A DNA stretch of 64,000 bases, from NCBI GenBank assembly GCA_905207625.1, contig CAJLLT010000001.1:8577-72576 (forward strand), given 5' to 3'. Below, one piece after another: positions 45,618 through 54,096 of this stretch (positions are counted from its first letter, which is position 1; the number at the start of each line of letters is the position of its first letter). The DNA comes from an uncultured Eubacteriales bacterium (GTDB lineage: Bacteria > Bacillota > Clostridia > Oscillospirales > UBA644). The notes under the pieces were generated by a model that made no database searches, was not told the DNA's origin, and worked only from the letters and a program-made list of their open reading frames with translations. The translations under genes were made by a program, and so were the position numbers.

Positions 45618-46085
45618 ATGAGAAGAAACGGAATGGTTAAATCCACAAGCACCGAAGCAGATAAAGTAAAGAAGAACAGCTTTACAAGCAATGGGATTTT
45701 CAGGACTGCAATACTTTCAGTTGCTGTCTTTCTGAGCCTCGCGCTGCCTTTCTCCGGAGGATTTGATCTCATATCAGAAGGAAAAATCGGCATACTTACG
45801 GAAATACTCGCATGGTACGGCGTTTCGTTTGCGTTTTTCTTCGGAATCAATACGGCCCAGGTGCTGTTTGTAAAGCATAAAACCTTTCCACTTTCGGTCT
45901 GCATCATATACGGGCTTATATCCATACCTTTTCTTGCGGGAAGCTGCCCGGATCCGAGAGTGATCCTTCCCTTATGCCTTGTCCACCCGATATATATCTG
46001 CGCCGCAGGAATACTTGCCGCGAAAAAGGTATTTTACGGAAAAGACAAGGTCCGTTCTGAAAAAAGCGTCTGTGCCGAAAGATAA
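45618..46085 (+). CDS. small membrane protein, unknown function
   Basis: 155 aa from the ATG at 45618 (GGGAGAAAGAG SD); basic N-terminus followed by 4 hydrophobic helices. Confidence 0.5.
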   Translation: MRRNGMVKSTSTEADKVKKNSFTSNGIFRTAILSVAVFLSLALPFSGGFDLISEGKIGILTEILAWYGVSFAFFFGINTAQVLFVKHKTFPLSVCIIYGLISIPFLAGSCPDPRVILPLCLVHPIYICAAGILAAKKVFYGKDKVRSEKSVCAER

Positions 46086-46230
46086 TAACCGGGGCATGGT
46101 CAAAAGAAATGAAAAATAACAGAAAAGAGTCCGGATACCCCGGGGCAGTCCTTTAAAAGACCTTGCTCCGGGTATTCCTTTGGTAAAAACCGGACATACA
46201 GCGTTCCGGAAGCCCGGAAACAGCGCGCAA

Positions 46231-46259
46231 TTGACAAAACCGGAATTTTCTGCTATACT
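46231..46259 (+). promoter_or_regulatory. sigma-A promoter for the LOR/SDH-like gene
   Basis: TTGACA, 17 nt, TATACT. Confidence 0.6.
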
Positions 46260-46294
46260 TTATTTCAGAAAAAAAAACGAAAGAGAGAGGCGCT

Positions 46295-47509
46295 ATGTTT
46301 AAACTTCCCGAATATATTGCACCCGACTTTACAAAGGAACCGTTTATTTCGGCTCCTGACGTAAAAACCGAAAAAGCCGGAGAAGGTTTTATACCGGAAA
46401 ACTTCTACGCAACAACTATTTTCCCCGAATACTTTAAAATCGGCGGAAAATGGAAAATGATAACCCAGAGTCGCATGGACTGTTCCGTGGTCATCCGCAA
46501 CGGGGAGCCCTTTGCCGTGGAAATGAGGAACATAAACCCCGGAGATGACGTGGTAGTGGGACGAAAAGACGATGCCTCCACCGGAGTTTTTGTTCATACT
46601 AACGGCTTTCAGGAACAGAAAGGAGAGGCATCCGCTTCCGTGTTTGCTTTTCGCACGGGAAAAACAAGAGAAACCTCCTGTTCCAGAGATTACGACAGAC
46701 TCTATGAAATTCTCCGCCACGACCGTGAACACGGAAACATTGTCTGGGTTCTCGGACCCGCCTGTGTCTTTGACAGGGATTCCCGCAGGGCTTTGAGTAA
46801 AATGATAAACAACGGATACTGCCACGCTCTTTTTGCCGGAAATGCCCTCGCTACCCACGACATGGAAGCTTCTGTCTTTCACACCGGTCTCGGACAGGAC
46901 ATATATACCAAAGACCCTATGGAAAACGGGCACTATAACCATCTTCATACGATAAATCTTGTCCGCAGGGCAGGCGGAGTAAAGAACTTTGTCGGAAAAT
47001 ACGATGACGGGGAATCCGTAATGAACGCTCTGGTTAAAAATGATATTCCCTTCGTCCTCGCCGGCTCGATCCGTGACGACGGCCCCCTGCCGGATGTTAT
47101 TCCGAATGTATATGACGCCCAGGATCGTATGCGTCACTTCACCCGCAAAGCTACGACCGTAATCGCCCTTGCGACCCAGCTTCACACGATCGCCACGGGT
47201 AATATGACCCCATCCTACCAGGTAATTGACGGGAAACTGCGCCCCGTGTATTTTTACGTTGTGGATGTGGCGGAGTTTGCGGTAAATAAACTTCACGACA
47301 GAGGCAGTCTCAGCGCCACAGGAATAGTTACGAATATTCAGGACTTTATGGTAAATCTCGAACGGAATCTTCCCTGCTGCCCCCCTCCGTTGCCGGGAAA
47401 TAAAACAAAAAGGAAAAACAGCCATGTCTCAGGTCACAAAACGAGCCCTGGAGCAGTCATTAAAAAATCTTCTGCTGAAAAAGCCGCTGACAAAGATTAC
47501 TATCAATGA
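46295..47509 (+). CDS. TIGR00300 / LOR-SDH-domain family protein (putative ornithine cyclodeaminase-type enzyme)
   Basis: 404 aa. Length and motifs (GNIVWVLGPA, FAGNALATHD, AGSIRDDGPLP) match my recollection of the archaeal/cyanobacterial LOR/SDH family. The 3' end overlaps tetR by 86 nt. Confidence 0.55.
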   Translation: MFKLPEYIAPDFTKEPFISAPDVKTEKAGEGFIPENFYATTIFPEYFKIGGKWKMITQSRMDCSVVIRNGEPFAVEMRNINPGDDVVVGRKDDASTGVFVHTNGFQEQKGEASASVFAFRTGKTRETSCSRDYDRLYEILRHDREHGNIVWVLGPACVFDRDSRRALSKMINNGYCHALFAGNALATHDMEASVFHTGLGQDIYTKDPMENGHYNHLHTINLVRRAGGVKNFVGKYDDGESVMNALVKNDIPFVLAGSIRDDGPLPDVIPNVYDAQDRMRHFTRKATTVIALATQLHTIATGNMTPSYQVIDGKLRPVYFYVVDVAEFAVNKLHDRGSLSATGIVTNIQDFMVNLERNLPCCPPPLPGNKTKRKNSHVSGHKTSPGAVIKKSSAEKAADKDYYQ

Positions 47510-47978
47510 CATTGCCGAAGACTGCGGCATAAACAGAATGACCTTCTATTACCATTTCAAAGATATATACGATCTTGTGGAATGGTCCTGTCTTGAAGAT
47601 GCCAGACGGGCTCTTGAAGAAAAAAAGACCTATAACACATGGCAGCAGGGGTTTCTCCAGATATTTGAAGCGGTAAAAGAAAATAAGCCCTTTATAATGA
47701 ATGTATACCATTGTGTTGACCGCGCCCAGGTGGAACGGTATCTCAAACCCCTGACCGACCGTCTGCTTCTGGGAGTCATTGATGAAAAATCTGCCGGTAT
47801 TCCCCTCCGGGAAGATGACAGAGAATTCATCGCTCGGGTATATTCTTACGTTTTCATTGGTCTCATGCTTGACTGGATAAAAGATGACATGAAGGAGGAT
47901 CCCGCTGTTATCGTGAATAAACTCGCGTTGCTTCTCAAAGACACCCTTACCGATGCCATACGAAGATTCGGATTCTGA
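47424..47978 (+). CDS. TetR/AcrR-family transcriptional regulator (DhaS-like C-terminal domain)
   Basis: N-terminal HTH ITINDIAEDCGINRMTFYYHFKDIYDLVEW. Confidence 0.85.
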   Translation: MSQVTKRALEQSLKNLLLKKPLTKITINDIAEDCGINRMTFYYHFKDIYDLVEWSCLEDARRALEEKKTYNTWQQGFLQIFEAVKENKPFIMNVYHCVDRAQVERYLKPLTDRLLLGVIDEKSAGIPLREDDREFIARVYSYVFIGLMLDWIKDDMKEDPAVIVNKLALLLKDTLTDAIRRFGF

Positions 47979-48029
47979 TGACATATCTTATCATTTCAGT
48001 CATTCTGATTAATTTTTTTACAATTCCAG

Positions 48030-48063
48030 GTTCCGTGATAATATTTTCATCACGGAACTTTTT
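48030..48063 (+). terminator. intrinsic terminator after tetR
   Basis: GTTCCGTGAT / ATCACGGAAC stem followed by T5. Confidence 0.75.
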
Positions 48064-48070
48064 CTGTCTA

Positions 48071-48098
48071 TTGAAAAAAAATTTTTCCGATGTATAAT
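48071..48098 (+). promoter_or_regulatory. sigma-A promoter for oleate hydratase
   Basis: TTGAAA, 16 nt, TATAAT. Confidence 0.5.
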
Positions 48099-48130
48099 AG
48101 TGCCAGAAAAAAATTCTGGAGGACAAAAAA

Positions 48131-49924
48131 ATGTATTATTCAGCAGGAACTTATGAATCTTTCGCTCACCCGGAGAAACCGAAGGATGTGGATAAAAAAT
48201 CCGCTTACATCATCGGCACGGGTCTTGCAGGTCTTTCCGCGGCGTTTTACCTTGTCCGTGACGGGCAGATGAAGGGAGAACACATTCATCTGCTTGAAAA
48301 GCTGGAACTTGCCGGCGGCAGCTGTGACGGACGCAAGGATGTCACAAAAGGGTTTTTCATGCGCGGCGGACGGGAAATGGATAACCATTTTGAATGTATG
48401 TGGGACATGTTCAGAGACGTTCCGTCAATTGAACCCCCCGGAGTTTCCGTACTTGACGAATACTACTGGCTTAACAAACACGATCCGAACTACTCCCTTT
48501 GCCGTGCGACGGTAAACCGCGGAGAAGACGCACATACGGACAAAAAGTTTACTCTTGACAAGGAATCGGCAATGGCGCTGTCAAAGCTTTTCATAACTCC
48601 CGAAAAGGACCTTGAAGGCAAAAAGATATCCGAAGTGCTTCCCGAATCTTTCTGGTCCACAAATTTCTGGCTTTATTGGCAGACGATGTTTGCGTTCCAA
48701 CGCTGGTCCAGTGCCCTTGAGATGAAACGGTATCTTTGCCGTTACGTCCATCATATTGACGGACTGCCGGATTTCAGTGCTCTGAGATTCACGAAATACA
48801 ATCAGTATGAAAGCATGATCCTGCCTCTCGTAAAATATCTTGAATCCCACGGGGTAAAGATAGAGTACGGCATGGACGTGAAGAATGTGGTCATTGAGAC
48901 AAACGGAAACAAAAAGATCGCAAAGAAGATAGTCTATATAAAAGACGGCAAAGAACAGTCCATAGACCTTATAGAGGATGACCTTGTGTTCATCACCAAC
49001 GGTTGCTGCACGGATACCTCCTGCTACGGGGATCAGAACCATGCCCCTGATCTGTCCGGAATCAAAAACGGAGCGGGTGAATCCTGGGATATGTGGAAGA
49101 ATATTGCGGCTCAGGCAAAGAACGGAGAATTCGGCGATCCCGATGTCTTCTGCAGCGATACGGATGCCACCAACTGGATGAGCGCCACCGTGGAAACTTC
49201 GGATGAAGAAGTGATACAGCATATCATGAACATCTGCAAACGTGATCCCCGTGAAGGAAAAGTGACCACAGGCGGAATCGTCACGGTAAAGGACAGCGTT
49301 GACAACTGGTATCTTTCCTGGACTATCAACCGCCAGCCCCAGTTCAGATCTCAGGACAGAAAAACCGTACTCGTGTGGCTGTATTCCCTTAACACAAACA
49401 AAGAAGGAAACCATGTAAAAAAGGCTATGAGAGACTGCACCGGTGAAGAGGTCTGCCGTGAGTGGCTCTATCACATAGGAGTGCCTGAAAGCAGAATCGG
49501 AGAGCTCGCAAAAAATGCCTGCAACACCACAACCTGCTACATGCCGTATATAAACGCCTTCTTCCAGCCCAGAAAAGAATCGGACCGTCCGAAGGTCGTT
49601 CCGGACGGCGCTGTGAACTTCGCATTCCTCGGACAGTTCGCGGAGACCCCCAGAGACACTATCTTCACTACGGAGTATTCCATCCGTACAGGTATGGAAT
49701 CGGTCTACACACTGCTGAACGTTGACCGTGGTGTTCCCGAAGTCTGGGCAAGCAAATATGACGTCAGAGAACTGCTGCGCGCCTGCTATTACGCTATCGA
49801 TAAAAAGCCTATCACCGATATAAAGCTGACTTTCGCGGAAAAAGAAGCTCTGAAACTGGTTATGAAAAAAGTCAAAGGCACGGATGTTGAACTGCTTCTG
49901 AAAGAAAGCGGACTGATAAAATAA
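48131..49924 (+). CDS. ohyA: oleate hydratase (MCRA family fatty-acid double-bond hydratase)
   Basis: MYYSAGTYESFA...AYIIGTGLAGLSAAFYL...LAGGSCDG FAD motif; 597 aa; GGAGGA SD. Confidence 0.9.
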   Translation: MYYSAGTYESFAHPEKPKDVDKKSAYIIGTGLAGLSAAFYLVRDGQMKGEHIHLLEKLELAGGSCDGRKDVTKGFFMRGGREMDNHFECMWDMFRDVPSIEPPGVSVLDEYYWLNKHDPNYSLCRATVNRGEDAHTDKKFTLDKESAMALSKLFITPEKDLEGKKISEVLPESFWSTNFWLYWQTMFAFQRWSSALEMKRYLCRYVHHIDGLPDFSALRFTKYNQYESMILPLVKYLESHGVKIEYGMDVKNVVIETNGNKKIAKKIVYIKDGKEQSIDLIEDDLVFITNGCCTDTSCYGDQNHAPDLSGIKNGAGESWDMWKNIAAQAKNGEFGDPDVFCSDTDATNWMSATVETSDEEVIQHIMNICKRDPREGKVTTGGIVTVKDSVDNWYLSWTINRQPQFRSQDRKTVLVWLYSLNTNKEGNHVKKAMRDCTGEEVCREWLYHIGVPESRIGELAKNACNTTTCYMPYINAFFQPRKESDRPKVVPDGAVNFAFLGQFAETPRDTIFTTEYSIRTGMESVYTLLNVDRGVPEVWASKYDVRELLRACYYAIDKKPITDIKLTFAEKEALKLVMKKVKGTDVELLLKESGLIK

Positions 49925-49933
49925 AGTTTTTAA

Positions 49934-49966
49934 GAACAGCCGGACTGAAATGCGGTCCGGCTGTTC
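49934..49966. terminator. 12-bp hairpin downstream of ohyA with a weak U-tract
   Basis: GAACAGCCGGAC / GTCCGGCTGTTC stem, but poor T-runs on either strand. Confidence 0.35.
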
Positions 49967-50034
49967 CTTACGCTGCGCCCGGCTCCGGATATCCGGAAAA
50001 CATATTACCCTGTATACTCAATCACAATAAGACA

Positions 50035-50070
50035 GGCAGTGCAACAGAAAGTTGCACTGCCATTTTATTT
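50035..50070. terminator. hairpin terminator between convergent ohyA and the PHP-like gene
   Basis: GGCAGTGCAAC / GTTGCACTGCC stem followed by ATTTTATTT on the plus strand. Confidence 0.65.
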
Positions 50071-50081
50071 GTCAGAAAACA

Positions 50082-52673
50082 TCAATGATGGTGATGATGA
50101 TCGGGATGATCATGCTCCTCATGCACTCCGTGGGTATGGAAAAGCCCCTGGGCATGCATACGGTTGTGGAGAGCCCTGTGAGCCGCGGTGAGATTCATAA
50201 GTATCTGTTTATACTTTTTCTCCTCTGCCCGTGTGGCAAGGGTCTGAACATATGCACTGACGCCCTCTATCTGCTCCAGTATTTCAAGCGCATCTCCGGG
50301 ATCAAGAGGTCTCTGCCCATCAATAAGACACATAACCGCGCTGGAATGGGCCGCGATAAGTTCCCTTATATCCCCGTCCTTATATTTACCACGTACACGG
50401 ATCGCTATCCAGGAGGGCTTATCTATGAACAGGGTGAAGTAGCCGCTCTTTTCCCCGAGGAACCCGCCGAGTGATTCTGTCTGCACCGTTCTGCCGTTTA
50501 CCACAAGTTCAAGACTTGTCACGGGGATTATTGCACTGCCGAGAGTCCAGCAGACGTCCACTGTTCCGCCGCCCTTCGGCATATCCAGGGTCTGCCCCAT
50601 TTCCTTGCCGTTGACGGTAATGTCTATCAGGGGTCCGAAGGTTACGAATGCCTTTCCCGCCACAATGGCATCCTTCCAGTTTTCATAAGTGAAAGGTTTA
50701 TCCTTGATATGTGCGTAGGTACGGACAGCTCCCAATTCAGTCATGGCATCCATTTTGTCTGTTCCGCCCACCGCCGGCAGATGATAACCGCAGTTAAGGT
50801 AGTGATACCAGTCTGACAGTGAATACGCACTCAGTCCGCCGTAAGGATTGTTCCAGCAACACATCTCCACCGCATCTATCGCGTCAAGAACCACCGCGGC
50901 GGAACCTTCCCCGTAGGGACCGGGAAGATGGGGAAGAATGGTAATACCGTTCTGTTCCTTGCACTTTTTCGCCCAGTCCGTTATACCTGACTCAAGGGCA
51001 TCTCCTATTGCAGCTTCATCCGGCGCGCCTGTCGCCATGGGAAGAATCATTTTTCCCTCATACCCAACCAGAGAGATGTGTCCCATGACCTGCTGACGGT
51101 TTTCCGTGCCCACACGGACAAGGTGCTCTCCGTCTCCCCCGGCTTCCTTGGAACCGATGGTCGTTTTGCCGTCAAAATCGGCGGCGTTGGTCATCATTTC
51201 TCCCCACTGGGAAGCAAGAAGGTTTACTACATTTATCCCCTCAGCCTTGCCCTCGAGTAATGCAGTCTGAGGCGAAAGGAAATGAACGTGTGTATCGGCA
51301 GTCACCCATCCTTTGCTGCGCCAGTCTATGACGTGCTCAAGCTCAATTGTGAATTCTCTGTGCTCATCGTCAACTTCAAGAATGGCCTTGCATGGTCTGA
51401 TCTCAAAACCCTTGGTAATGTCCACGTAAATCTTGCCTTTGGGCGCGAGAAGATGGACCTCTCCCTCAACGTAGCAACAGTCGTAGCCCCGTCTGGTATA
51501 GTCTGCCGAAAAGTCCTCAAACCACTGATTTGTGGTGTAACGCTGTCTGTCTCTGGGCGCAAGGTATTCCCCGAACTGACCGTGGGCATGGAATTTAACA
51601 GGCGTGGGCAGTCCGGTCTGTTTATCAATTATTCTTATTACTATGTCGGCACGGGCGGGTTCGATGAAAAGCCTCGGATAGGTCCTGGTGCGGCGCAGGG
51701 GAATATCTGCGTTACCCAATTGCATATGAGCATCGGGATTTGCGGCATATTCCACTATAAACGCATGATCCTTTGCTTTCGGAGGCATGGTAGAGTCGGT
51801 AGTAAGCCAGTTTTCGTCTTCGAAAACAAGTCTGGGACGAACGGAGATCACCGTACCCATGTCAATTGAAATATTGTTTTTAAGATTTATCGGACTGTGA
51901 CAAAGCCTGTCCAGTTCCTCCGGAGATATTTCGGGCCAGTCTTCGGCATTGTTGAGATCGACACAGAGCTTTTCCCGTCTTTGCCACCGCAGGGGGTTGT
52001 CCTGAACACTGCATCCGGTAATTCCGTGAAGAAGCATTGTACGGCGGATATTTTTCACGGTAAGACTGACTGCTTTTTTCCCCGTCGTATTTTCCCAGGC
52101 ATAAAGCCAGAAGTTAAAATCGCAGTCCTCTCCCGCCTTTGCCGTCCGGGGCATGCTCCTGCCGTAAGTGCGCTTTGTGCTTCCGTAACGGGCAATTTCC
52201 TCAAAAGCGGTGTCATTCGAAACGGGCTTTCTGTGGGGACGACACTCAAAGCCTCCGTTGCCTCCGGTCTCGCTCCAGGCGTTTATTCCGTAGCGCATAC
52301 GCATTTCAACGTTTGTCTGACTCCCGTCCTCAAAGGTGATAACATAGTCCGCAACGTGCGCGCCTATGTTAGGAACCCCTTTGAAAGGCAGGGTTATTTC
52401 CCCTTGCGTACTGCGTTCCGGGCAATCTGCCGTATGCAGAAATACTATATATTTATCCTCAAGCCCACCCAGGGGAAGAGTTATTTCATCCCCTTCAAAC
52501 AGGGCGACGGTGCCGTTATCGTCCGTTACATCAAAGGGAATGCCCCAATAACTTCCCGCAGGGGTGAAATATGTTGCCTCATCACACATATTTTCTCCGC
52601 AACGCTTATCCAGAGATCCCACGGTGCAGTTATATGCAGAGGCTATAGAAACGGTATGAAACCTGTTGTCCAT
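50082..52673 (-). CDS. 863-aa multidomain protein: unknown N-terminal half plus a PHP/CehA-McbA-like metallohydrolase half with a His-rich C-terminal tail
   Basis: VTADTHVHFLSP (DxHxH) and VGGTDKMD motifs; carboxypeptidase-regulatory-like IVIRIIDKQTGLP segment; ends HTHGVHEEHDHPDHHHHH; ATG at 52673. Confidence 0.55.
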   Translation of the reverse strand: MDNRFHTVSIASAYNCTVGSLDKRCGENMCDEATYFTPAGSYWGIPFDVTDDNGTVALFEGDEITLPLGGLEDKYIVFLHTADCPERSTQGEITLPFKGVPNIGAHVADYVITFEDGSQTNVEMRMRYGINAWSETGGNGGFECRPHRKPVSNDTAFEEIARYGSTKRTYGRSMPRTAKAGEDCDFNFWLYAWENTTGKKAVSLTVKNIRRTMLLHGITGCSVQDNPLRWQRREKLCVDLNNAEDWPEISPEELDRLCHSPINLKNNISIDMGTVISVRPRLVFEDENWLTTDSTMPPKAKDHAFIVEYAANPDAHMQLGNADIPLRRTRTYPRLFIEPARADIVIRIIDKQTGLPTPVKFHAHGQFGEYLAPRDRQRYTTNQWFEDFSADYTRRGYDCCYVEGEVHLLAPKGKIYVDITKGFEIRPCKAILEVDDEHREFTIELEHVIDWRSKGWVTADTHVHFLSPQTALLEGKAEGINVVNLLASQWGEMMTNAADFDGKTTIGSKEAGGDGEHLVRVGTENRQQVMGHISLVGYEGKMILPMATGAPDEAAIGDALESGITDWAKKCKEQNGITILPHLPGPYGEGSAAVVLDAIDAVEMCCWNNPYGGLSAYSLSDWYHYLNCGYHLPAVGGTDKMDAMTELGAVRTYAHIKDKPFTYENWKDAIVAGKAFVTFGPLIDITVNGKEMGQTLDMPKGGGTVDVCWTLGSAIIPVTSLELVVNGRTVQTESLGGFLGEKSGYFTLFIDKPSWIAIRVRGKYKDGDIRELIAAHSSAVMCLIDGQRPLDPGDALEILEQIEGVSAYVQTLATRAEEKKYKQILMNLTAAHRALHNRMHAQGLFHTHGVHEEHDHPDHHHHH

Positions 52674-52704
52674 GTTTTTTCCGCCTTTATTTTTCTTTTG
52701 CTTA

Positions 52705-52733
52705 ATTGTATCACAAAAACCCCGGATTTGCAA
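52705..52733 (-). promoter_or_regulatory. sigma-A promoter for the PHP-like gene
   Basis: Minus strand reads TTGCAA, 17 nt, TACAAT. Confidence 0.55.
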
Positions 52734-52861
52734 GCCGGATAAGGGTTTTTCACACAAATGCCAAAAATCCCAACCCGGTGAATTCTATCCGGCGCGGAAT
52801 AAATGATGCCGGATTTTCATAAAGATAAGGACGGTGACGCAACTTTTCCGGACCGGATACG

Positions 52862-52889
52862 AAAAAAGACCCGGTCATATGACCGGGTC
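52862..52889 (-). terminator. intrinsic terminator after tRNA-Val
   Basis: GACCCGGTC / GACCGGGTC stem with an ATAT loop, followed by T6 on the minus strand. Confidence 0.8.
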
Positions 52890-52891
52890 TT

Positions 52892-52967
52892 TGGTGGACG
52901 CTAAGGAACTCGAATCCCTGACCATCCGCACGTCAAGCGGATGCTCTACCAGCTGAGCTAAGCGTCC
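52892..52967 (-). tRNA. tRNA-Val (anticodon GAC), CCA encoded
   Basis: Hand-folded cloverleaf: acceptor GGACGCT/AGCGTCC, D arm GCTC/GAGC, anticodon loop TTGACGT, T loop TTCGAGT. Confidence 0.85.
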
Positions 52968-52995
52968 GTATAAGCCTGTCGAAACAAGCAAGAGT

Positions 52996-53024
52996 ATTAT
53001 ACACTATAAGAAGCCTGTTGTCAA
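52996..53024 (-). promoter_or_regulatory. consensus sigma-A promoter for tRNA-Val
   Basis: Minus strand reads TTGACA, 17 nt, TATAAT. Confidence 0.65.
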
Positions 53025-53133
53025 GAGGTAATACGGGGATTTTGAAAAAAGTTTTCATTCCGTAAATACGGAAATCCGGACATAGCCCGCCCTCAACAAA
53101 AAAGGCTCCCCGACCCGGAACGGCAAGTTGCCT

Positions 53134-53171
53134 GAACAAAACCGGACGGTATCCATGCCGGGATACCGTCC
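53134..53171 (-). terminator. intrinsic terminator after the sugar-phosphate isomerase gene
   Basis: GGACGGTATCC / GGATACCGTCC stem followed by GGTTTTGTT on the minus strand. Confidence 0.6.
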
Positions 53172-53209
53172 GTACCGGATTATCCAACCTCAGCAATGAA
53201 CAAAAAAGA

Positions 53210-54031
53210 TCACTGACCGATAGTACGCAGATAATCACGGCTCATTTTTGCACATTCAAGAGCGGGGGTCTGATAGTGTTCGTCCTGCTCCACAACGATA
53301 TATTCCGCGCCGCTTTCCTGACAAGCCTTGATTATAGCGTTGAAATCCTGTTTGCCGTAACCTACGGGACGGAAACGGAAAGTGGAGGGCTCAGCCTGTT
53401 TTTTATCGCTTTCTATACCTATGAGCTTATACATGTTTGCGCTCTTCTCCCCTTCATAGTCCTTCAGGTGAACTATGGGGCAGCGGTTCGCATATTTGCG
53501 CACATAGCCATCGGGAGACTGTCCCGCGACATGTACCCAGCAGGTATCAATTTCCGTCTGCAAGAATTCAGCGGGAACGCTTGCGTAAAGCACGTCAAGT
53601 CCGAATCTGCCGTCGGGCATGGTGACAAACTCAAAATCATGGTTATGATAAAGCAGAGTCATCCCGTTCTCTCGGCACTTTTTACCTATTTTTTCAATAT
53701 TAGCGATGACCTGGTCGTAATTCGGAACACCCGGGCGGTTTTCTTCGGTCATATAAGGAACAACGATGAATTTCGCACCTATGACGAGCGCATCGGATAT
53801 CTGTTTGTCAAGGTCCGACATAAGGTCAGCAAAAGGAATATGCATACTGTAGCAGGGTATGCCCACCTCGTCAAGAGCCGCCTTTATATCCTTTGCGTCG
53901 TTGCCGTACAGTCCGGCCAGCTCAACAAAATCATAGCCCATTTCCTTCAGGGCTTTCATGGTACCTTTGAAATCCTTTTCCGCATCGTCTCTCGCGGAAT
54001 AAACCTGATAACCTACAGGAAACTTGGTCAT
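53210..54031 (-). CDS. sugar phosphate isomerase/epimerase (xylose-isomerase-like TIM barrel family)
   Basis: 273 aa. GYDFVEL, HNHDFEF and a C-terminal EQDE-like metal-ligand pattern are typical of the AP_endonuc_2 fold. Confidence 0.75.
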   Translation of the reverse strand: MTKFPVGYQVYSARDDAEKDFKGTMKALKEMGYDFVELAGLYGNDAKDIKAALDEVGIPCYSMHIPFADLMSDLDKQISDALVIGAKFIVVPYMTEENRPGVPNYDQVIANIEKIGKKCRENGMTLLYHNHDFEFVTMPDGRFGLDVLYASVPAEFLQTEIDTCWVHVAGQSPDGYVRKYANRCPIVHLKDYEGEKSANMYKLIGIESDKKQAEPSTFRFRPVGYGKQDFNAIIKACQESGAEYIVVEQDEHYQTPALECAKMSRDYLRTIGQ

Positions 54032-54096
54032 TTCTCATTACCTTCCTATTATATGTATTGTGCCGAACGGTAACCCGTTCGGCACTTGAATGCGTA

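Noticed and set aside
46265-47425. 386-aa ORF antisense to the LOR/SDH-like gene
   Set aside because: It is in phase with the sense gene (register 2 mod 3), and the sense strand carries the promoter, RBS and conserved motifs. The same explanation applies to the other long antisense ORFs (11494-12435, 13685-14548, 21903-22883, 23237-24220, 28475-29329, 38681-39769, 41443-42483, 48581-49474, 51897-52742, 53276-54073, 61663-62913); of these, I checked the phase only for 61663-62913.
50082-50140. C-terminal HHHHH as an engineered His-tag or cloning artefact
   Set aside because: The run is embedded in a longer natural His/Asp/Glu-rich tail (HTHGVHEEHDHPDHHHHH) with mixed CAT/CAC codons. It is followed by a native hairpin terminator, and there is no vector-like sequence.
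45206-52967. Region bounded by tRNA-Arg and tRNA-Val as a tRNA-targeted genomic island
   Set aside because: There is no integrase. I could not spot a direct repeat of either tRNA 3' end. The two tRNAs are on opposite strands with their own promoters. By eye, gene composition and codon style match the rest of the window.
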